From: Lingula anatina
Lineage: Eukaryota > Animalia > Brachiopoda
Direction: 5' to 3'
DNA: 64,000 nt
NCBI GenBank assembly: GCA_051362555.1
Contig: CM120642.1
Span: 14,818,001 to 14,882,000, forward strand
A model generated the notes under the pieces. That model did no database searches. It saw only the letters and a list, made by a program, of their open reading frames with translations, and was not told the DNA's origin. Shown here in pieces: positions 10,355 through 20,593 of the stretch (position 1 is the stretch's first letter; the number at the start of each line of letters is the position of its first letter). A program made the translations under genes and the position numbers.

Positions 10355-12351
10355 GTTCGTGCGATCAGATGCACAAACGCGAAGCACAGTGTAGTGACCA
10401 ACTTGATAACCGGTAGTACTTTTTAACTCAACAAGTGCCATGAAAACAAGTGTCAATAAAATGTTATCTAATCACACAAGATTCAGGATGGTGAATTGAT
10501 TGCCTCCTTTCGATAAATAAGTTTTGATATTACTTACTGGCACACTGTTGATATCAAAATTTTCGAAATATGAAATAAAATGATTGAAGTATTGATTGAA
10601 GCGACACAGTCATAATCAAATGGCACACAATGTTTGGATCATTAATTTGGCCCTTCACTTTGTTATTACAGGTGGATTATCTGCGTGTCGATAACGCCTC
10701 ACTGGCAGAAAATAGTCGCATAGGACACTGACAGTCCCGTTGATGAATTCATAATTCCACTCAATTGAAAATTTTCATTACTGACGCCGTTTTTAATCTA
10801 GAAAATAACTTAGATTAAGATATGTCACTATGGTAGAAAAATCCTTCTTCAACGAAAAGTTAATGAAAAGGATAAAAGAAGAACATAATTATAGTTATCC
10901 CCATAATCCAGGAACATCAAATTGAAAAAATAAAACTGTTCTCATGATAAATTGGTTTATCTATTTCGATTTGTAACAATGGGTTCGAGCGTCCTTAGCA
11001 GATAACAATAATCCTAGTTAATACTCTGTTTAATTATTTTGTTCAATACGCGAAGTTTAATGAGTTTAATTATTGTGTCGCATACCAGTTTACGAGATTG
11101 AAGTCCAAAGTGTATTTATTCAACAAGTTGCTGTTGTCAGGAAGCATTATCAAAACGTGTATGTTTGAAATGAGTTTCTTTATAGCAACGTATCAATGGA
11201 TTAATTTCGCTAACAATTATTATGAATTAAGACAAATAAAATTAACTTCAGCCACCAACGGCGATAGAAACATGCAATTAGGACTACAGGTGTGTGAAAC
11301 AATGGGCGCTACTTTGTTGCCATTTCCACAACATGGAAACAAGATCGGTTGTTTGTAGACATTGTGAAGAAAGAAATCTACGATGTCAGTGTTCTCGGTA
11401 CAGCTGAAGTATATTATAGTGAGGCATGACATAAATGCGTAGATATATGTGTACCAGTGTCTTAGACCACAAGACACGAGCATACCAGGTTTTTCTACAT
11501 TCACGTTTTGTGTTGCCAAACGTTTGAGATATGCGCCCCCATTTTATCGCATTATGTTTGTCATTACGGTGGCTTTGCATCCTTGAACAAACGTAACTCG
11601 TAGTAGAAGCGGAACTTCATAGACTGGGATTTATGTATAATTCCCCCCCCCCCCCCCCCAAAGAAAAGAGAAAAATAACGAACAGATAATTCGATAATTG
11701 AGGAGACGTTCAATTGAGTCGGTGAACACAAGCGTGCATTGGTAAAAAAACGTCCGTTCTTTCACGCGATCTTTTTGCGAACATTCAACAAATTAAATTA
11801 TAAGTGGATGGAAAAAAACTATGCATATAACCACCAATATAAGTTATTAGAATGTATCGAATATTATCGACTAAACCTTTTTTTAATTTACATGTTATTG
11901 ACCCCTGGCAATTAAAACTCTTAGTTCCATAGCTTTCCAAACATCCATGTTGACTTAATTACAAATCTGATATCCCAAAAACTCAAGCTCATGCACCCCA
12001 AGGACGCCCTTCGACCCATCTACCACAGCCTCCACCAAAAAGATAAATACACTTTTAATCAGCGCTGGGCTACACTTCAACTTCAGAGGTCATACAAGGA
12101 CATTTTGAACATGCTCAATGTGCACGTGATTCAAGAAAGATGAAAGACCGAATTAAGTCATTAACACGTAATAGTTACTGTAACAGAAAACCTTAGGCAC
12201 CTATGGCCTGCCCAGTCGAGAAAATGTGCTATTTCACTGGGTGCTAATAAAAAAGTCATATTTTTGGGGGTTTGGGAGACATGTACGTTATTGACGGGGG
12301 TCAGAACAATCTCTACAACAAAAGAGAGTCAAATCTTCAAAGATATTGCAG

Positions 12352-12385
12352 GTGAAACCAAGGAGTTATAACTCCTTGGTGAAAC
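12352..12385. mobile_element. 20-bp perfect palindrome flanked by a 7-bp target-site-like duplication (P/Galileo-type footprint or mini-element)
   Basis: GTGAAAC (12352-12358) + CAAGGAGTTATAACTCCTTG (12359-12378) + GTGAAAC (12379-12385). Confidence 0.6.
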
Positions 12386-14111
12386 TAGGAAAAGACTTAA
12401 TCAGACCACTTTATATGGAGGTTCTTTTTTTTGAAAAAGTGGAACCTTCATATACCTAGATAAAATTTAACCCAGAGGGGACCTTTTCCCGACAAAAAGG
12501 GGGTTCTTACGCACCCCCTAACCCACCTGGCTACGGGCCTGCGTGAGATTGATATTTAATGGCCAATTGTTATCCACTACCTACGTAGGTCAGTTTAAAA
12601 AAAAACTCAGATACATTTTATTTCACTTTTAATATCTAAAAAGGAGCAAATTAAACATAAAGGCTTGTTATAACATGCAGAGTTTTTAAAAATTCTTTAA
12701 ATCATGGCGCATTTGCTCAATCGGTACATGTATGACGAGCTTCTGTCTTTAACAGCTACAGACGTAGATATGCACAATCAAATACACAAGGCATCTTTTC
12801 TTTATGGATCTGTGTGCAGATAACTTTTAAATCTTTAACTCTTCGTTGCTCGTGAGCTAATGGCATGACAGAAGTTTGTTCTTGGACTTGTCTCCTTGCC
12901 AAAAGGGATACGTTTATTTATTTATTTATTTATTTATTGCTACTTAGTCAAGCCTCAATTCTAAGTACAGTATTCTGTCGCGTTTGCTTCTTTGTTTTTG
13001 TCTTTGTTTTTTTTCCTTTTTGCCTGTTTTGTTTTTTTCTTTCGTATGTTTATTTCTTTTGCTTTTGTTTATCCGACTGATTACAGGCTGCAGTTTTTGA
13101 TCTATCTCTTTGAAATTTAACAGAGAAGTTAAATAATTAAAGTATTATCTTGGCACCAGAGTCTTTTGACATATATAGCTTTTTTTCAATAACGACTGGA
13201 AAATGAAAATATCTAAATAATCTCCATTTCTCATTATTGGCCAATATGGCAGACTCCCTATACTCTCTGTCCATTTGTTTTTTGTTTTTTTTTTTCTCAT
13301 AATTACAGCAATATGGCGTCTATTCCCATGCACAGTTTTCGAGACAAAGAAGTGACATTTTGCAGATTTATTAAGGTAAATACGGTCTATATAAAAATAA
13401 GTCATATACACCATTCATTTTGCAAAGGGCAGAACTTCAGGAGTTTTTTTTTCACTACAGAAACCACAGCTCCGAGAGTACCCGTTGAACAAAACAAACG
13501 GGGACATTTTGAAACCCTGTTCGAAAATCGGATCAGAGAGGTTGACGAGTGACCCACATATTTCATGTCCCCGATGACGTCTGCCTGTATCCGCTTTGCG
13601 TAAATAGGATGTACCAGTAGGTTGATTTAGATTTTGCCATATCCGCTCTCAGTCTCTCAGAGAGAGCTCTTATGTATTTATTTATTTATTTATTTATGTC
13701 TTTTGTGAAAGCGGGGCAACTGCTATTTAGAATAATGTGTGACCACTAAAATTTGGAACAACTTTCTTTATCCTATATAGAAAAATACACATGTAACTGT
13801 GAGTTTTTTGAAAGACAGTTATCACGAAAATCAAAACAGACTCGTATATGCAGTGCTATAGTGTATTTTAAGAGAGAATTTCCAGATCACAAGTAATGAC
13901 AATGTCAATTTCAAATCAAAGAAGAATCAATTTGAAGAAATAGATGTACAGTCAAAGAGGCACTGAAATATCAGCGCTCAGATTGCATTATTGCTACTAG
14001 GATTTTGTTTCTTAGATTACATTAAGGATGCCTACTGGACAGCCATCCATCAAAGTGTCCATCTATTGACCACCCCTTGGTCTTCCAGTTGGCCTTGGTC
14101 CTCTTCTCCCT

Positions 14112-15760
14112 TTACGCTTGTGGGTCCTGGTCCTCGTCATCCCCCTTCAAGCATTTCAATGCCAGCATTTTCAATTTTTTTACCTTTCCCATGATACTGC
14201 GCCCGTCTATGCCGTCCTCTGGCACACCGGTAGGCTTTGGTAGGTTTTCCAAACATCCCCTTACTCTTTCTTTGAGCTCATCTGGAATTTTGGCAACCAA
14301 GCATCGGAGCAGCCTCGCTTTTCCGTCATTGTTTGCTGGCTCACCGGTGGGCTCTGGTCCGTCAAAACATTCGCGAACTTTTGCCACAAGCTTTTTCAGC
14401 TTCATGAGCCTAATAAACAATAATAATAAAAAAATATTTATAATAGAATAATAGCATGTCTATAATATTGTACAACCCATTGTACAAAATAAAAATGTAT
14501 GACATGTAGTAACTATATTAGAGAAAATTCAGATGTTTGACATTACCATAATTAATTTACTTCACAGTATATATACAAAACGCACTATTTCATTCAAATG
14601 ACATTTTTTAATTACAAGTTCAATATAATATTCTACCTGTAGCTTCACGTTTACAGGGTATGCAGAAATTGTAGGTCCTGAATTTTGCAGCAACAACAAA
14701 AAATCGTACAATGGTTATATATTACCTAACCAATGGTCCTGGTCCTTCTCCCTCTCCACGCTTCGCTGGTGTATCCATCGCTTCTGGTTGTTGCGGGTCC
14801 TGTGCATCGTCATCTCCCTTCAAGCACTTCAAAACCATCATCTTGATTTTTCTGCCCTTTTCCATGATATCGCGCTTGTCTGTGCCGTCCTCTGGGTCAC
14901 CGGTAGGCCTTGGTAGGTTTTCCAAACATCCCCTTACTCTCTCTTTGAGCTCATCTGGAATACTGCCAGCCAAGCATCGGAGCAGCCTCGCTTTTCTGTC
15001 ATTGTTTGCTGGCTCACCGGTGGGCTCTGGTCGGTCCAAACAATCGCGAACTTTTGCCACAAGCTTTTTCAGCTTCATGAGCCTAATAAAAAATTAATAA
15101 TTAAAATAATAATAAAACAATAGTATGCCTATTATAATGTACATCCCATAGTACAAAATAGAAATGTGTGACATGTAGTAATTATATTAGAGAAAATTCA
15201 AATGTTTGACATTACTATAATTGATTTACTTCACAGAATAAAAAAAACGCACTATTTTATTCAAATGCAATTTTTCGTAATTTACAAGTTCAATATAATA
15301 CTAGACATGTAGCTTCACGTGTACAGGGTATGCAGAAATTGTGGGTCCTGAATTTTGCAGCAACAACAAAAAATCGTACAACGGTTATATATTACCTAAC
15401 CAATGGCCCTGGTCCTTCTCCCTCTCCACGCTTCGCTGGTGTATCCATCGCTTCTGGTTGTTGCGGGTCCTGTGCATCGTCACCTCCCTTCAAGCACTTG
15501 ATAAGCATTATCTTGATTATTCTGCCCTTTTCCCTGATGCCGCGCTTGTCTGGCAGACCGGTAGGCTTTGGTAGGTTTTCCAAACATTCTCCCACTTTCG
15601 CTTTGAGCTCGTCTGGAATTTTGCCAGCCAAGCATCCGAGCAGCCTCGCTTTTCCGTCAATGTTTGCTGGCTCACCGGTAGGCTCTGGTCGGTCCAAACA
15701 TTCGCCAACTTTTTCAAGCACTTTCAGCTTCAAGAGCCTAAAAAAATTAATAAAATGATA
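14112..15760. repeat. Tandem exon+intron duplication array, ~670-bp unit
   Basis: Introns 14410-14725 and 15083-15395 are near-identical, e.g. GACATGTAGTAA.TATATTAGAGAAAATTCA and CAGGGTATGCAGAAATTGT.GGTCCTGAATTTTGCAGCAACAACAAAAAATCGTACA. The three exons are highly similar at DNA level. Confidence 0.93.
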
Positions 15761-18679
15761 AAAAAAATAATAATAATAGAACGACAGTCTGTCTGTACGC
15801 GGCAAATATAGAACCTGGACTTAGAATTAAAACTATACAACGGTTACTACAAATTTTTATGACCACAGTGTTGTCACCTTCGTTAAAAAACGGGGAAGGA
15901 CATTTTGGAATATGAAAAACACCGTATAATACATGTACGTATAAATGGCATTCATGGAATAATGTGAATGAAACATGACTGATATTGTGACTCGTGACAG
16001 AAAATCAAAGAATTTTTTAACTTGTAAATTGAAAAATGATCGATTTCCGAGGAAACTCTGTAACTAATGTAGTAAGATTTTATCAAGAAAATTGGCATTA
16101 TTCACGACAAAAGCGAGAACCACAATTCGGTGCCAGCGTCTTGTGTAGGAGATACGAGACCCTTATTACGATGTTTCATTAAAAATGCATTTTTTTTTGC
16201 CTCTTTTCTGATAAAAACAGAGGTGAACTCTTCAAACAATTCCCGGTCACCAGATAGTGGTGCTTATTTTTGTGATTGAATATACATTAAATGGGACTGA
16301 AAAGTGTTCAGGTGAGGGTGATCTGTTTAAAAGCGATATTAGGGAACCATTCCCACAGATATTTGGATCGATCTAACTCCCTGGGGAGTCTCACTAAATT
16401 GCTATCAACTTTACCGGCTTAAATGTCTGTCACGCCTAGTAAAGCTGCCAGGGGGTAATTATCTTTACCCCTAGCCGATTCGGATAGCAAATTAAGTGAG
16501 ACTCCCCAGGAAGTTAGACAGATCGATCTAGGCATGGGAATCTAGTTTCCACCCTAAAAACGCTGCTGCTTCGTCAAAACGTTGAGTTAGCAAATGTATT
16601 TTTGATGCGCCATCACTATTTCATAACATGACTTTTGTTTGGCATTATTTTAGCAGATGAAGAAACAATTCTAACGTATCGATCTTCCTCAAGACATGCT
16701 TAATATAGATATACCCTATTACTAGTCAATCAGTGCTGTGTGGTTTTTACAAACCAGCAGCGTGATTATACAGACTTGACATTTAATATGGAATATTTCG
16801 GTTTCGAAGGTATGCCTAGGTGAAAATGCATTCTTTTTTTCACAAACTCCGATCTCATATAAGATATGTGATTGGAGAAGTGTGTAGTCAGGTGTCTCGC
16901 TACCAATTAACTGAATACCAGGTTTGTTGCGCTGCTGCATTATGTAATATGCAGTGATTTAATTGGGTAGTGCTCCTTTGGGCTGGTCAAAGCTTGGGTT
17001 TGGCAAAGCATGGTTCTTTCAAAAAAGTATCCATATGTCGGCAACTACTGCATAGAATAATTTAAAATTTTGCATGCAAGTGGTCTGGTTTGCTGTGTGT
17101 AAAATGAGCTATGCAGTGCTTTACAAATTTGTTTATATGTGGCAGAATGGCGCGAAAAAGACAGGCATTGCCAGACAGATAATTGTGCCAAACGAAACGG
17201 TCCGCACAGTTTTATAAAGTAATGCCCAGACTGATGTACCTACACAGAGGCCACACCCAATGTGTTGAAATCTTACCACCAGGGCACAGGACCCACTGTC
17301 TTTCGGGATATGCAGTTGCAACTAAACAAAAGCCACCCAGTCCGTTCAGAATGAGGGGTAAATTGCCACCAAAATGCACTTTTCAAGGCCCTTAGCGAAC
17401 ACCAAACTGGTTTTTGCAGGTAAGAATACCAGACGACCTCCAAGGAACCCACTGTAAACAGCAAAACATCGTTGTATGTTTCTTTAATGAATTGGGGACC
17501 TTGACTGTTTCTGGGTTGAACACTGAAATCTCGTGGCTTTCTGTATTGAGGTCAGATTCCACCTGTACCGCTCAACAGTCAAAACAGAGTTTACAGACAT
17601 CCAGAAGAGGCCAACGACGAAGCGTGTGCCGCATCTAAAGTGACTTAGGTCATTAACAGCGTCAGTATTTGGAGTGGAAAGCACATTGGTGCCAAAACAC
17701 CAATGGTAGTCATCGACGAAAACCTGAACCAGATCAAATAAAGAAATAATCTGGGAACCATTTGGCTATCATTTGATAGGGGGCAACTTAGGAACAATTT
17801 TAGGTTGCACGGTGAGATTGCCGGTTCTTACAGAGCACTTTTAAAAGCAGATTACTTACAGAACCAAGGGAATGAGCAGCTACCTTGGTCATCAAAATCA
17901 CCATATTTGAACCACATAGACAATATGTGGGTAGGCCATTACTCACCAAATCAATGGCCTACATGACCTACAACAAAACTGGACCAAATTGGACAGATTT
18001 TGACCGATGCCTGGAATGTTATTCCAGATTGAACTTTAAAAACCTATCCCAAGGAATCCGTTGCCACTTGAGAGCGCTGGTAGCAGCCAGAAGAGGTCAT
18101 GCGTAACAGCGGCCGTTACTGTGACTAGACACTGACATGAGGGTCCTTTCTGGCGCGTGTAACTCCTTTACAGACAATAATTTGGAAAATATGGAGGTCC
18201 AAAATATCTCTTTTAATGGTTGTCGTCTGACATAGAATAGGCAATGTGTTTTTGTTTGCTTCTCTGTCGAATTCCATTAATGAACTGATGTCACAATGAC
18301 ATCAAAGAGGTAATTTAAAGTTGTTAAAACACGATTTTAATCCTTATTTTAATTTATCAGTCAGCTAAATAGGAAAAAACTGATGAAAAATGATTTGGAA
18401 AAAAATATTCCATATTAAATGTCAAGTCTGTATATACCTGTCTTAGAATTTAAAATAATCAATATATCCCTTATCATTTTAAGAATAGGTCGTCAAAATT
18501 GCGTTTATGCCATCACTTGTCCGTCATGCATCAATGACACATCGTAATACTGAAGCGTGAAAGATATGTACGTACATGTAAGCAAAGATAAATATTAAGA
18601 AAAAAAGCACTTACATGGGCCCGCGGGCTGAGGCCAAACAGACGACAGCGGCCAAAACAACGAGTGTTGCGAACTTCAT
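14112..18679 (-). CDS. Secreted protein of unknown family with three tandem 4-Cys helical modules, ~353 aa, 4 coding exons
   Basis: Exon 1, 18679-18615: MKFATLVVLAAVVCLASARGP (classic signal peptide, AT|GTAAGT, phase 2). Phase-2 exons 15737-15396, 15082-14726 and 14409-14112 each encode one module (KV.ECL..PEPTGEP...KARLL.CL...IPDELK..V..CLENLP.PTG.P...K..K....KCLKG). Total 1062 nt, in frame. Confidence 0.88.
16350..16540. mobile_element. MITE/foldback element in intron 1 of the repeat-protein gene
   Basis: Inverted arms TCTAACTCCCTGGGGAGTCTCACTAAATTGCTATC (16372-16406) and GATAGCAAATTAAGTGAGACTCCCCAGGAAGTTAGA (16483-16518). The outer terminus GATCGATCTAGGCATGGGAA (16521-16540) recurs at 8300-8319. 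Confidence 0.75.
17222..18106 (+). mobile_element. Decayed Tc1/mariner transposase pseudogene (intronic, antisense to host gene)
   Basis: Fragments in shifting frames: MPRL at 17222; IEVRFHLYRS (~17545-17575; compare FSDESRF..Y..DG); DYLQNQGNEQLPWSSKSPYLNHIDNMW (~17850-17930; compare WPS.SPDLNPIEN.W); LRALVAARRGHA (compare C-terminal RAVI.ARGGHT). Multiple stops and frameshifts. TIRs not identified. Confidence 0.8.
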
Positions 18680-18740
18680 CCTTGGTCAGTTGAACTGTGT
18701 CTCTACCCAGAGGAGTGATTTTATCAGATTTTTCGGGATC

Positions 18741-18747
18741 TTTTATA
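18741..18747 (-). promoter_or_regulatory. TATA box of the secreted repeat-protein gene
   Basis: TATAAAA on the minus strand about 60 nt upstream of the ATG at 18679, consistent with a TSS near 18715 and a short 5'UTR. Confidence 0.6.
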
Positions 18748-20593
18748 GGATATTATTGATTGTTCACCTGTTATGTTTGGGGAGAAGGGTGTTCCTTTCC
18801 GTCAAATCACTACATTGGATTAATAAAATAAAAAAGGCCTGATCCAACATACATATAATTGTGACTCACCGTGATGTATTTATTCATATGGTTTAATTTG
18901 ATATACAGTATATACTATGAGTACACAATCCATCAAATTATGGTCGTTCTAATGGTACAATGGTCTTGATTTATAAAGTATTTTTTAAAACCACTTATAA
19001 TATTTGAAAAGCTGTGATTACTTCCTTTTTATCCTGTTTGTTGAAAGAAAATACACAAGGACAACTGTGCTAATGACGCATATCAATTTCAACTGATCAA
19101 ACGAAGTTATTTGTTCAGGTAGTAGCCTTTTAAAGATATACCGAACCCTGTCGGTCGGGTAATTACGTCGGAAATTACCAGTTGAAGTAATAAATAAGTA
19201 TTTGCGGTAGTCAACCAGCTCAGTTAAGTCAGAATCAGTTCTTAGTTAATGCTTATTTGTGACTTCTATAAAGATCCACGCTAGTTTACTTGTTTCTGCA
19301 TTTTTCAATTTAGATAGGGAATTTATCAACAAAATTAGAACACTAGTAAAAAGCTCGCCGCTTTCTTTTGACGATGGCACTAGTGTTAACTTATGATTCG
19401 TTGTGCATTTCTGTGTCAGTAAGATCTATCTCGTTGGTGTAGGAATTTTTTAAAGCTTTCATTATTCAAAACTGCTTTTTTTTTTTAAACGGTAGCCACT
19501 AACGTGTGAAACAATGGACGGGCGCGGGTATCGCTCCTCTTACTAACTAACCAACGAAGTAACAAACGAACTGAATGTGGACAGACAGGCATCTATAACG
19601 ACTTAGGTTTTATGCAGTAAATTAAGGTTGTCATTTATCATGGGTTGCACAAATGAGGAAAACGTTTAAAGTCATACAATTAATGAGTGTTAGTCTTTCA
19701 TCTTTCATATGCCAAAAAAGTTTTTCCTGAAATTTTCAGAATTTTTCTCCATAATCGCCGAGGTTAATCATATCCAAAACTATTGACAAAATTATCTAAA
19801 TACTAAATTGATTAACTAAAATTAAATTAAATTAAATTTAAAAAGAAAATTCTAGGAGGGGACCCTGCAACTATAGACCCAAGACTATAGACCTGCTGAC
19901 ACTCTATGAACGGATTTTACACCTTCACTATTTTATCATTGCACTTATAACGATCAAATTGGTACATCGCAGAAGCTAAACCTACAATGTAGCCCAGTTC
20001 AAAAAGAGGGATGCCTTGACACGTATTTATGTCTAAAACCTCATGATAACGCATACATAATACTTTTTAGTAAAAGTCCGAGAGTTTCTTTTATGGGGTT
20101 TTCTTTTCCTTCGTCCTGTTTTCTTCTTTTCTTTTCTTTTCACTTCTTTTCTTTTCTTTTTTTTTTCACCTTTTTTCCTTTTTTTAATTATTTTGTGTGT
20201 GTGTGGGGGGGGGGGGGGGAGAGAGGGGGGGGGAGGGGGAACTGCCAGTTTCGGTTTCAGGTATTTTTTTTCGTTTCCATTTTGGATCTTTACAATTATG
20301 TTGGCATTGTGTTGCTGGTAAATGTATAATTCGACAAAGGGTCTGCACGGTAAATACCAGCACAAGTACAAAGGCCTACCGGTAATTTACCGTCACCGTA
20401 GGACTAATCTATAATGCAACAACTTTTATTCTCTTTTGGGAATAAAACATTGAATTGTTGATTTGGTTAAAGTACTTTTTATGAAACAAATTGGGTGATT
20501 TCCCAATTCAGATTAAGATAAACATGTGAACTTAAAGTAAAAAAAAACTTTTTTTACAACTATTGGCAAGAGCACGGTCGCAGATGTAGCCCC

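Noticed and set aside
11098-11580. Overlapping Cys-containing short ORFs
   Set aside because: No recognisable domain or splice structure; probably a decayed repeat or chance ORFs.
14077-15758. Plus-strand ORFs of 124-142 aa in the repeat array
   Set aside because: They are antisense shadows of the minus-strand exons. Splice signals, the signal-peptide exon and the TATA box are all on the minus strand.
14112-15760. CRISPR-like or satellite array
   Set aside because: The units are ~670-bp exon+intron duplications in a eukaryotic gene, with no short repeat-spacer structure.
20033-20385. Lys-rich and Phe-rich ORFs (112 aa etc.)
   Set aside because: Artefacts of poly-T and poly-G low-complexity tracts upstream of CWH43.
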